A stretch of DNA of 64,000 nucleotides from Macrostomum lignano (lineage: Eukaryota). Under the pieces are notes generated by a model. It worked only from the letters and a program-made list of their open reading frames with translations, was not told the DNA's origin and did not search any database. Location of the stretch: assembly GCA_002269645.1 (NCBI GenBank), contig NIVC01002442.1, positions 1 to 64,000 on the forward strand, read 5' to 3'. This document shows positions 13,401 to 26,703 of the stretch, in pieces. Each line of letters begins with the position of its first letter. Within the stretch, counting starts at the first letter, position 1. The position numbers and the translations under genes were made by a program.

Positions 13401-15840
13401 CACAAGTGCTTGATGACGGCATTGCAAAGGGCGAGTGCAGGCCGCCCTAAAAGTCTGCTTCCACTTTAGAGGGGTTGTATGCCTTTATGTGGGGCGGGGT
13501 TCAATTACATTTTTAACAGAGACATTTCAGAAATCGCACGAGAAAGGGGAACCGTGAGAATCTGCCGGAATTGCGCGGTGGCTGGAAGACGTGGGAAATG
13601 ATAACGCAGACAGTTTCACAGGGACTTCATCGGGGAAATTTACTATAAATAAGCGTAGTCGCATATAATACGTATATATTGTTATACGTAGTCGCATATA
13701 ATACGTATATATTGTTATACGTAGTCGCATATAATACGTATATATTGTTATACGTAGTCGCATATAATACGTATATATTGTTATACGTAGTCGCATATAA
13801 TACGTATATATTGTTATACGTAGTCGCATATAATACGTATATATTGTTATACGTAGTCGCATATAATACGTATATATTGTTATACGTAGTCGCATATAAT
13901 ACGTATATATTGTTATACGTAGTCGCATATAATACGTATGTATTGTTATACGTAGTCGCATATAATACGTATATATTGTTATACGTAGTCGCATATAATA
14001 CGTATATATTGTTATACGTAGTCGCATATAATACGTATATATTGTTATACGTAGTCGCATATAATACGTATATATTGTTATACGTAGTCGCATATAATAC
14101 GTATATATTGTTATACGTAGTCGCAGTCTACGCAGACAGTGCAGCATTTGGATGTGGCTGTAGGCCGTGCGCTACGCTCTCTGCCCCACATTATTATTCA
14201 TGACTCATTCTCTCGCCTAAACTTGTTTACCAGTTATTGACCAATCGCGCATCGCTTCACCCCACCCCACAATATTGACTAATAAATATATTGAGCTAAC
14301 AAAACCATTCAGAGGCCAACTTTCTCGGCACGCAAACCTAAACTTCACAGGGGCATTGCCTTAATTTCTTCAAATCGAATATTTGGTGTGATATTTGGCA
14401 TTTGATGGACGAACAAATTAATAATTTACATGCATATGTATGTACTGACTTTTTCACTTTCATGTGCAGTTTTGTCCGCTCTTCTTTAGGTTCGTGGTAG
14501 ATTTGGTCGTATGTGCCTGAAAAAAAATAACTCCGAAAAAGTTTAACACAACAACTTACAAGACACCTTCTTCAAAACCAACGGACCATCAGGACAGAGG
14601 AAGCAGCAGTTTCTGTAAGCCTTGTTGACGTGGTGGACAATTACGATGGGCTCCAGTCCCAGCACCGGCTCGATGTTGGCCTCGATCCTCTCGGCTTGGG
14701 TTTTGCTATGAGGCACCTCGCTCCAATCCTTCTGACCTCGCGGCCACCAGAAGCTGTGCATGAGCAGGTACAGCGGCGACAAAAGCAGGCCGTTGCCGCA
14801 GCTCAAGATGAAGTCCAGGTAAGTCAGCAGCAGAACGAACAGCAGCAGTCCGACTATCGTCCAGTACATAATCTGGGAAAGCCGCGCAGATTCCTCTTCA
14901 TCCGGCAGCTGAATTGCTGAGAACTGTCGCCACACTTCAGAGTTGAATAGCGTGCCGATGAACTCGGTTGAGAAAAGTGGCAAAAAAATATACAGTAGGA
15001 ATTTGGTCAGTTTTCGCATTGACGCTGTGGTCAATAAATTGTAGACCAGCATGCTGAGGCTCACGACGAAGTTCACTACGGACACAGCAGCCAGAGGTGG
15101 CAGCAGCAGCTCCAACAGCAGCATGAAAGCAGCCAGGTTGAGGCAAAACAGTGTGAAGATGAAGAGGCGGGCCATGGCTGGGGCCGGAAAAACTCCAGGA
15201 CACAGTAGTGTGTTGGAGGTTGTATAAACGGTCGCGAACATGAGGCACTCAAGCACAGTAATGAGCCAAACTGCCAGCCAATAAGCAGACACGGACAGGC
15301 CGCTGCGAAACAGCTGCTGCAGGAAGTCATTGGTCTTGAGCATGCGGATGCAGGATACAGTGGAGATGAGCAAGTAGAAGTTCACTCCGACCACTGCAAG
15401 ACTGATTGAGTAGGGTACGTAAAAGTGCGTTAGTAGGGCGAAGAGGTTCTGTACATCAGTACTCGGGCCTTCGACGCCGAAAAGTCGGAAGCGCCATAGA
15501 AGACAAGATGGTTGCTGCGGTTTCTGCCAGTTTTAGTGCTCAGCAGGGTGTCGGATAGTTTTGGAGCATAGAAGAGGTTCACCGCCAGCAATCCGACAGG
15601 CATAAAGATGACGGCAACGCGCCAAGCCTTCAACTTCAGCAGCAGCAGAAGCAGATAAACAAACTGACTGACCCAGTTGCGCGCTCTGTGAGTCTGTGCT
15701 GGCTTTGAAAAAGCCGAAGATTGCTCCTTCCTCTGCGGCTGAACTAGCATCCGGGAAGAACCTGATTTTGCAGGCTTAGTTGCTAAAAATGACTTGGATG
15801 GAGCAGAACCTGACGGGCTCGGAATGCGCGGACTTCTCAT
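10412..15840 (-). pseudogene. ABCA transporter copy 2, probable pseudogene (ECD1 segment and NBD1 missing, several frameshifts)
   Basis: Colinear with copy 1 and shares intron positions (donors after 14560 and 10975, acceptor before 10745). Out-of-frame loss of about 420 nt near 15455. NBD1 is absent (homology resumes at about 13252). Frameshifts near 12445 and in the T-run near 11795. NBD2 and the last exon are intact. Confidence 0.85.
13654..14125. repeat. 33-bp AT-rich minisatellite, about 14 copies
   Basis: Unit TACGTAGTCGCATATAATACGTATATATTGTTA, nearly identical copies. Confidence 0.97.
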
Positions 15841-17453
15841 GGACTTCTCTTTCCTCCATGGGACTTCTGAGATTGCTTTAATTTATTCATTTCGATTCGA
15901 GTTTCTCTTCTATGTTCTCCTCGCCTCTCTCTTCTCTTCTATTCTAGTCTATGCTCGTGATCGCTAAGGCTTTATTGCTTTATTTAGCTAAGTTTGAGGT
16001 TTTCAAAAGTCGAAATCAGGGGACCATGTTATGCTGAAAGATGAGCATTTGAACTTCTTCCAACAAAACCTGTCGAAATGTTTGTGCCAAAAAAGGAAAA
16101 AGCCGAAGCAAAAGACAGCCAGCCCAAAAATACTTTCTAGGAAACGAAAACTTCCTACCCTTCTACTTCCCTCCTTCCTTCGATGGCATAATTGAACTTA
16201 AAGTTTAAATGCACCCACCGAAAGTCGTACACAGATAATAGAATAGCTAGATTGCATGGCCACTCAGCACATTTGCGTGTAAGCTTATACTTTCAGTTCA
16301 GTAAGTAATATAGAAGCATTTTAATGTATTTTTTAAAGCCAAGGCTCATTTATTGGCTCTTACCACCCCGAGCTTAAAACCCTCCAACTGCGCCTTTTCA
16401 CACTCCCCAGCCGCCCCAATTTTTTATTGCTCTTCTCGGAATTCCAGCCTAAAGCTGCCATGTACATTTCAGGGGACTGGCTAATGTACATTACTGCTGA
16501 CCCAATTAGCAAGTTTGTTTCAAGGACCACTGGAAGTTACCGTAACTTCTAGTGGTCCTTGGTTTGTTAACGCCTGCAATCTTAGGCTTCTAAACTTATC
16601 AAGTCATTTCAGCTGCCATTATTTTTATGAAATAGCTTGTGTAGTCTTCATTGCTACTGAACTGAAAGTAGAAAGCATATAGGCCTGAGTCATTTTAGTA
16701 TCTGTGGTCGTACATGTATGACTCACTCTCGTATGATAATGCAGTTCATTTGTATTCATAGCTTGGAAGGCTGAAGGCTGGTGTGGCCTTGCCTTTGACT
16801 TTTCTTTTAAAAGCTTCTGAGACGAAGTTATTAATAATACTACTTATAGTATTAAACAGTTAATGCCAGTAAGTCAATACTCAATCAATGCTCCTGCTTT
16901 CTGTTGAAAAAAGTCCCACAGATCCTCAGCAAGCACTTCTCACTCAGCTAGAGATGCAGTGCAGTCAAGCGTTCTTCATAGCCTGCGTGGACGACAAATC
17001 AAGCAAAAGAAGTCCAGCAATCGGCAAGCAACGCGGAACGGCCACCGCATGGGGTCGATGAAAATGCAGAGCATTGCAGATGGTTGCAAGACAGCAGGCC
17101 GGAAGTGACAGAAAATTTACCACCTCAAACTCAGCGGAATAATGAAAAGCTAGAAAATTTGCGGATGCGAGAACGGAAATTGCGAGTGGATTCTCTGTGG
17201 GGTTTTGGTTTCAGACAAACTGCAAACATGTCTGACGTGAGCTGTTTCTGTCAATCCAATTCTCCTCTCCTACTTTCTACAGACAGCAGCCAATGCCGGC
17301 CGGTCTCTAGGGGGTGGCGGCCTCCCCTCGCCTCTTGGCGCCCCCCTCCCCCGGCTCATGAAAGCGGCGGAGCGCTGGGAGAAGCGGCGCCACCTGCCCG
17401 ACTGCTCCCAGACTCTCTGCAAAGCCACCTGCCCGACTGCTCCCAGCAACGCC

Positions 17454-18573
17454 ATGGCCAGAGCCCAGCCATTCACCCAGCTGCAGCTGCTGCTCCTCCA
17501 CCTGCCGCTTCTCCTCTGTCCGCAGCTGGTCGCCGTCGCCGAGGCCAGCATCACCAATACGAGCGCCGCCTTTCGCGGTGTCCGAGTCTGTCCGCCGTCC
17601 AACGCCCCGGCCAACTTGACTGGGCTGCAGTCCGAGCGCTCCTGCGCCGTCGAGTGCGCCGCCCGAGCCAACTGCGCCGCCGCGGCCCACTCGCCGGCCG
17701 AGGCCGCCTGCCGACTCGCCGACGCGGCCGCCTTCGCCGCGACCTGGCGCAGCTCCGACACCTGCCGCTCCGTCGTCAACGCCGGACGCTTGGCGGGAGG
17801 CTTCGCTGTTGCCGCGCTGTCGCAGACGACGCTGGCCGCGCTGCTGGTGTTTCACAACTTCCTGCTGGGCCTGCCGAACCTGGCCGGCAACCGGTCCTTC
17901 GCTGCCAGCCTGGGCTCCGGGGCCAGGCTCACCGACCGCGGCGTCTGGCTGAGCGGCCACGCCGACTCCTTCATCGAGGTGGGTCGATAATAAGGTGGCT
18001 CGCAATAAGCATATTTTGACTTTGTACAAAACTGTCCATTTTTTGCAGATCGACACGGAGTCCGGCAACCTGACCAAGCACCTGACCTACGGCTCCCAGT
18101 TCACCTACTTTGCCAAGTACCTGCGCTACTGGCAGCCTGGCCAGAAATACGTTTACATCCAGGAGTTCACGGCACTGAGCAGTTTCGTGTCGGGCGGGCA
18201 TTGGAACGAATACCGCAGCAGCGACAATGTCAATTTCACGAAACTCTCAATCGAAGCCCAGTTTGCGGACAACAGAGTGCAAAAGAGAAGCTACGAGTTC
18301 AACCTGCTCACAGTGACAGACACGGAGCCTGTGTTCACTGCAGCCACTTTTAATGGCAGCAGCTTTAACCAGCTTTTCTTCAACGGCACCTTCTTCAATG
18401 GCTACCACAGCGACTTTAACTACAATTTCACCAGCGATTGGAACGACCGTCTCCGCCTTGGCACATCGAGCCTCAACACTGACAAGAACATGCGCGGCTT
18501 CTTCATCTGCTGGGGCGTGGCGGCTGGACAGCTCACGGCTGCTCAGCTGGCCGAGATCAACGCCCTGTGCTGA
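17454..18573 (+). CDS. Secreted PAN/apple-like domain protein with a C-terminal beta-rich (possibly LamG/ConA-like) region, 349 aa, 2 exons
   Basis: Hydrophobic signal peptide (MARAQPFTQLQLLLLHLPLLLC..); PAN-like Cys pattern SCAVECAARANC..CRL; 70-nt GT-AG intron at 17979-18048 in phase 0; several N-x-S/T sequons. An in-frame upstream ATG exists at 17358. Confidence 0.75.
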
Positions 18574-19870
18574 GTTGGCCACACTTGGTGGGCCTGTATC
18601 AGAAAAAATAGAAAACACTAGCGACATTTCTAACCATCTGAAGCATGAGAAAATAGAAAAGCTCATTACAATTTTATAATCTTTTAACTTCAATCTGAAA
18701 TATATAAAGCAGACTATTCTCTCTGTTGCAAGCCACGTCAGACGAACACGACCACCTGCTTATTTACGAGCTAATCAAGTACCTTTCTTAATTAAGTACA
18801 TTCAATCCCACCCAAACTTAAGCTTTCTGTCAAATTTCTACCAGAGCATGTTGATAAGCATGCTGGCTCTGGTGGTCAAGTTTTCACTGTTAAAATTGTT
18901 CTACTCTTCTGTTTTACTAAATTGCCTGCATGCCTCAGCGATGGAATTTGAGTACCGTTTCGGAGCGACTTTGGAATGCAATATGAATGCCTGTTGCTTG
19001 GCATGCAGGAGACGGAACAGAAACTGATTGGCGACAGCCTCCACTTGCTGCATCCGCTGGGATTCTGTTTGCAATACCTGTAAAAAGATAGCTAGGCTAC
19101 AAAGCAAACTCCAATTATAAGCGCACTGGGGTGATGCAGAGTAGAAAGTCATGGCCTGCGACTTCAGGAGTCAGAGTTGCCGAATTGCTTCAGCTCCGGC
19201 TGCCACAGTTGTTGCCGTATTGTCGCCAAACATTACACTGGCTGCTAGGCAGTTTGGTAGCAGGCCAAAGCCTCATTAGTTTGATCATTAGCGAGACATC
19301 TGGGAGGCAGCCATTGGTGTTAAAAAAAGTACAAAAAATGCTGACAATGCAGAAAGCATCCCAGGCGGGAAGTCAGCGTAGGCCTCTCAGGGAGCCCCCT
19401 TCAGGGCTGCTGCTTGAAAATTGGCTGAGCAGGCAGCCGTGACGGCGCAGGTGCGCAGATGAGGACCCGGAACCGCTCCGGCATAGTTACTCAGCTTAGG
19501 CAATTGAAGAGGCAAACAGGTGGGGATAATGGGAGCTGGGTTGCAAGAGAGCAAGATGTGGAGAGCCAGGTGAAGCAGAGCACAGAAGGCGCTGTTTGCT
19601 CAGAGGCGCGGTTGAGTCCCCTGACATTCCCTAATCCCACAAGCCTGCTTCGCAGCAGCTTCTAGAAGCAGAGAATGCTGTCTGCAGGTTACAAAAGCTT
19701 CTGCACTTCTCATCACTGCAGATGAAAAACGAAGGAAGATGAGTTAAAAAAATAAATACCAATTTAGAGTTTGCGCAGGAAATGATTGCGATGCCGAATA
19801 TTGCAGGTAGGCACAAATGCAGCTCTATTTACACAGCTAAATGGTTTGAGCAGGGCAGTCTGAGTCCAGT

Positions 19871-21370
19871 TCAGCTCGCCGGGGGCCTCGGGCCGGCCTT
19901 GCCGCCGCCCTGCCTGTGCTGGGCGCAGTAGGCGATCAGCTTCTCCTCATCCAGCAGGCAGCCTGCGGGAAAGGGGGAGTGCTGTGGCTTAGAGTGCCGG
20001 ATACTACTTACAGTAGCAGTCGGGAGTAAATAACAGACTTATTTAGCTACGAGCTATGGAAATTAAAGAGACGATGGGATTAAGGGCCACGTGGGTTAGC
20101 AGTCATTGAGACTCAAGGGTTCATGGGGATCAGGAGCCATTGGGCTTAAAGGGCTCATAGGGATTAGGAGCCATTGGAATAAAAGGGCTCATGGGGATTA
20201 GTAGTCATGGAGATTAGGAGCCACTGAGATTATAGGACTCTTAGTAGGGATTAGAAGCCATTGGGATTAAAGGGGCCATGGGGATTAGGAGCCATTGGGA
20301 TTAAAGGGGCTGATGGGGGTTAGGAGCCACTGAGATTATAGGACTCCTAGGGATTAGGAGCCATTGGGATTCAAGGGCTCATCGGGATGGAAAGGCTGAG
20401 GATTAAAGGTCCACAGATATGAGGGCAGAGCCAAACCAGAGCGGACCAACAGAAGCCCTGGAAGCCAGCTAATTAAAAGCAACGCAAGCAGTCCGCACGC
20501 ACCGGCCTCAATGGCGCAGGGCAGGTGCGCAGCGGACTGGCACTGCCTGTGGGCGCAGGCCACCTGGGCGCCCCACATGCCGCAGACCGCGCAGTCGCCG
20601 CCTGCGCCACCAGCGAGGCATTCGGCGAGGCCCCGCAGCTTCAGGCCGCCACCGCCGCCGGCCGGGTCGGCAGAGGCGGACAGGTGCAGGTCCGGAGCCC
20701 AGAGCGCGCAGTCCAGGTGCAGCCAGGCCTCGCCGTTCCGCGTCACCCGCTGCCTGCTGACGCCCGCCGCCGATGCAGCAGCCCGCTGGGCGGAGCCGGA
20801 GCGCTTGGCGCCGCTGCCGAACACGATGCCCAGCGGCACGAGGCGCTCCTGGACGAGTTCCTCAGGCAGGTAGTACGGGCCGTACAGCGGCCCCAGGCCG
20901 AGCACGCAGGAGTTGCCGCGACCGCACAGGGCGCAGACCCAGGCGGACTGGCGGCAGAGCCGGTCTGCGGCCGGGAACTGCACGTCCGGCTTCACGGCGG
21001 CGCTGGAGGCGGCGGCGGCAGCGGCGGCTGTCGCGGCGGCCGCGGCGGCAGCGGCTGCGGGGTTGGTGACGGACCAGGCCGAGGAGTCGTCGCCGGGGTT
21101 CCCGGAGGCCGTCAGGAAGGGCGGCAGCAGGAGCCGCTCCTCGGATTTCACGGCCTCGCCGGACTGGCCGGCCCGCTTGCCGCGGCTGAGCAGCCGATCG
21201 CGAAGCTCGTCGGCGTCGGCCTGGGCCTCGGCGGCCGCTGATGCCCGCTGCTGCGGACGCCGGCGCCGCTTCTTGCCTTGCTGCGGTCGCGGAGCGGCCG
21301 CCGCCGGCTGCTGCTGCTCTGCCTCGGTGGCCGCCTCCGCTGGAGGTTCGTCGGCTGCTGCTGGCTGGGA
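19871..21370 (-). CDS. Extended-PHD (ePHD) zinc-finger protein, RAI1/TCF20-like C-terminus; 5' end not resolved
   Basis: VCALC..LGPLYGPY..WLHLDCALWAP..CAVCGMWGAQVACAHRQCQSAAHLPCAIEAG joined across intron 19963-20502 to CLLDEEKLIAYCAQH; stop at 19871-19873. The frame stays open upstream to about 21370 and includes a basic KKRRRR stretch. Confidence 0.8.
20080..20380. repeat. Degenerate repeat of about 25 bp inside the last intron of the ePHD gene
   Basis: Recurrent GGGGCTCATGGGGATTAGGAGCCATTGGGATTAAA-like units. Confidence 0.8.
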
Positions 21371-21649
21371 CTTGGGAAATTGAGTATGGGGGGATTCGGG
21401 GGCTTTAATGCTGCCAGTAGGCTGCTAGGATAATCTCGGTTCTGCTAGACACCCTTTGGCTCAGAGCCAGACCGACGGCAACCCCGCAGCCTCCCCCTGA
21501 CAAAGAAGGTCACGAGGCCCCGCCGGTCCAGAGAAGTTGTTGCTGAACGCATCGGCAGCTGCACTGCCTCAGTATTAGCATGACCAACGGTTCATCACTG
21601 CCAAAGAGTGCAGACCCGCCAAAGTCCCAATTAACCCTACTAAACTGCG

Positions 21650-22075
21650 AAAGTACAGGTCCACCCAATTCCCTTAAAGTGCAGGTCGACCCAATTCCCT
21701 TAAAGTACAGGTCCACCCAACTCCATTTAAGTTCAGGTCCATCCAATTCCCTTAAAGTACAGGTCCATCCAATTCCCTTAAAGTACAGGTCCACCTAATT
21801 CCCTTAAAGTTCAGGTCCATCCAATTCCCTTAAAGTACAGGTCCACCTAATTCCCTTACAGTACAGGTCCACCCAATTCCCTTAAAGTAAAGGTCCACCC
21901 AACTCCATTTAAGTTCAGGTCCACCCAATTCCCTTAAAGTAAAGGTCCACCCAACTCCATTTAAGTTCAGGTCCACCCAATTCCCTTAAAGTACAGGTCC
22001 ACCAAACTCCTTTAAAGTACAAGTCTACCCAATTCCCTTAAAGTACAGGTCCATCCAGTTCTCCTAAAGTACAGT
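21650..22075. repeat. 26-bp minisatellite between UBE2D and the ePHD exons
   Basis: Unit AAGTACAGGTCCACCCAATTCCCTTA, about 16 variant copies. Confidence 0.93.
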
Positions 22076-22595
22076 TTTAACCCTAGAAAAATTAGTGCAT
22101 AAACATGAAGCCGAAAATAAAGAAGACTAAAAGGCGAACAAAAAATTTAGACAGCCTTTACTGAAAATAATATTAAGTTTGTAAGGGAGGCCCTTCAAGA
22201 TTTATTGCGACTCACCAGTCAACCCGCTGACGCATTGAGTTATAATAGTAATAATTAATTACCTATCTCACCCACAGCTGTGCCAATACAGACAAGCCAT
22301 TAACTGATCCAGACTACGCGCAGATTACAGGTAAGCGGGGATAAACAGACTACTATAAGGATGTGCCGGATCGTATTTGACGCTTTTAACAAAGAAAACC
22401 ACTTTGAGATTGAAAAACAAGCGCAACAGGGCAGTAATATTAATAATTATTATATAAATTATAATATAGTACTCTAAGCATAGAATAGTTATAGTCTCCA
22501 GCTCGGTCTGAAACGATAGGCATACTGTGTATCGGCGATTCGCCCCCCCCCCAGGCCAAGCCGCAGTCTATGGCTTTTTGACGCCCCGAACAGCC

Positions 22596-23785
<1,190 letters not shown>

Positions 23786-25388
23786 CTAGTAGTAGTATAG
23801 TAAGTGAATTGCATGCAGTTTTTGAAAACTGGCTTGTTTTTATTAGGAAATTAGGCAATCGTTGGTCAAATTAAAATCTGCTTTGCTTGATCTATCTGAG
23901 GCCAAATTCCATGTAACACATTACAATAACAGAAATTTAGATAACAGAATTATCAGTGTTTTGCTATAATGGCATCTATATGCAACAAACCTATTTTTGA
24001 CTAAAAATTTGATAACAAATTGAAGATTTTTTACTTTGTTTTTTTGTTATATAAAAAACCAAGTTGCCTAGCTGGTGTAATTCTGGAGGTTGTGCAAGCA
24101 TGTGTAATAAAGACTGTTTTTTTGCCATAAAGCAAACTCATAGCTGCAGAAAAACAAAGACTATTCAATATGAGTGTCTTTTCAGGACTGTCCATGGTCA
24201 TACAAGCTGTAAGAGCATTTTTGTATTGACATATTCATAAATATGCAACTTTGTAAATTTTACCTAGCCATTGCAATATATTTTCATAAAAATTGGTATA
24301 CCTGAACTTAAATACACTGTTTGCAACATTTACTTTGTTGTGCATGCAATTTAAAGCTTTTCTTTCTTTGGCTTTAACTATTTAATACTTTTACTCATTC
24401 TCTTTTCTCTTTTTAATTGCCCACATCAACTTTAAATTCTTTTTTTGTATGTTTTCTTTTGTTTTATTTATTTAAGGAACATTCAATTTATCTGAGTCAT
24501 GAACAAACTTTACAGAGAAACTATTAAAACATATGATTATTTCAATTTAGGATAAACCATTTTAGTATATAGAATTAAGACATGCAAATTTGAAATAGGC
24601 TTTAAACTTTTAGTAAAAATGACCTTATTTTAGTAGTTATTCTATTATTACTATATTTTAATGTTTTTGAGATAAAATGCATATAAAAAAAACTAGTAAA
24701 AGATTTAAGGGGGAGCTGCATAAGTATCCAACCCCTTATTGAGTTTGATTTTTTAAATTTTTTTTATGGAAAATATATATTATCATGTAAATTTACATGA
24801 TATATACATAGAAGTTAATCTAGTAACTTACGCCTTCCCATTTGTAAAATACTACTAGTAGGCCCTATATTATAGAAATTGTTTCACTACTAATATAATC
24901 TTTGGTACTCTTTGTATACTTTTAGCAAAACTGCTTAGCCTTAAGAAATAACACATTTTTATTAGAAACAATATATTCTTTTATGCTACAAAATAATAAT
25001 GGAACAATAAAAATTAAGTTTTATAATATCTACTATATGTAGATATACATATCTACATGGCTATATATATCATATATATATATATGAAATGCCAACAAAT
25101 AGATTACTTAATCAAACCTATATGCATAAAAATTTTAAGCTGTACTATCATTTTTTTTCTTTAAAAGGCTTGTTCTAAAGTCTCAAAGATGTGAGACATA
25201 CTAGAATAAAAAAGTGGTATTGAAAAAACTATACCAGAACTTTTTTGTAAAAAATGTATACTATGCTAAAAAGCTATACAAAAATAAGATCAATATAAAC
25301 AAAATGAGTAAATGTCACATTACTTGAATTGTTGCTCTTTCAAAATAATATTTTTTATTAGCAAGCACTTTTATATCTAAATATGATA

Positions 25389-26703
25389 TGAGGTGTGTCA
25401 GAAAAGTTCCAGGACTGAGCCTACAGCTCAGCTTCTGGGTGCACTATGAATTAGTGGTTTGTGGTAGACTTTAGCAGCATATAACAGGTGCTTTGTCTTG
25501 CAATTTCAGCTAATCAACATTTTCGTGCGAACTTGTGCTAGGATTAACGTTTGGCAAGTTCTGTAACAACCATTGTGCCATGAGTACTGAGCAATGAATC
25601 AATCTGAAGTTCCTTGTTTGATTGGGGAAATCAGCCTTGGAAGCACTTGAACTGCTGCAGCAAGTATATGGGACTAAACCATGTCTCGCTCCCGCGTTTT
25701 TGAGTGGCACAAGCAATTCAAAGAGGGGCAGGAGGAGGTCGAGGACGACGCCAGGAGTGGAAGACCTTCAACAAGCAGGACGGAAGAAAATGTGGAGGGA
25801 GTGGCGATGTTGCTTCGTAGCAACCATTGGCTGACTATTCGCTTGATTGCAGACAAGTTGAGCTTGAATCATGACAGCATTCATAAGATTCTGACTGAGG
25901 ATCTGGGGATGTGCAAGATTTGTGCCAAGATGGTTCCGAAGTTGCTGAGCAAGGACCAGAAGGAACGATGACTGCAGGTGTGCCAGGACATCCTTGAACG
26001 CATTGAAGCTGATCCAAGCTTATTGCACAGAGTGATTACCGGTGATGAGTCATGGATTTTTGAGTACGACCCGGAGACCAAGCGGCAGAGTGGTGAATGG
26101 TGGCGACCAGGATCACCAAGACCAGTGAAGGTGCGACAATCGAGGTCGAAGGTCAAGCTCATGCTTATCGCATTCTTTGATGTCAGAGGCATTGTGCACA
26201 TGGAGTTCCTGCCCGAAGGTCATACCATCAATCAGCATGTGTACAAGGAGATCCTGCAGCGGCTGCTTCGCTCAGTGCGAGACAAGAGACATGATTTGTG
26301 GGAGGCCAAGTCGTGGTTCCTTCATCAGGACAATGTGCCATCTCACAATGCTCTTAGTGTCAGGGAGTATCTGTCTGGCAGATAGGAATGTCACAGTGCT
26401 GGACCAGCCTCCATACTCACCAGATCTGGCTCCATGTGATTTTTTCCTATTTCCCAAGCTCAAGGAGGTCCTCAAAGGTACTCGATTTCCTGATATAGAT
26501 GCCATCAGAAGGGCCACGACGAAGCAACTGCGGAGCATTCCCAAAGAAGCCTTCCAGAGCTGCATGGATGCCTGGCAGAGATGGATGGACAAGTGCGTTC
26601 GTCTAAGGGGGGATTACTTTGAAGGGGCCAGCTTTGGTTCTGAGTGATTTTTATTAATAATTTTTTTATAAGCACAGTCCCGGAACTTTTCTGACTCACG
26701 ATG
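25389..26703 (+). mobile_element. Full-length (1315 bp) decayed mariner (DD34D) transposon
   Basis: 29-bp imperfect TIRs (..GTCAGAAAAGTTCC(A/G)GGACTG) with TA on both flanks. Transposase remnants at 25580-26647: SRSRVFEWHKQFKEG, SGRPST, ITGDESW, HQDNVPSH, YSPDLAPCDFFLFPKLK; stops and frameshifts present. Confidence 0.95.
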
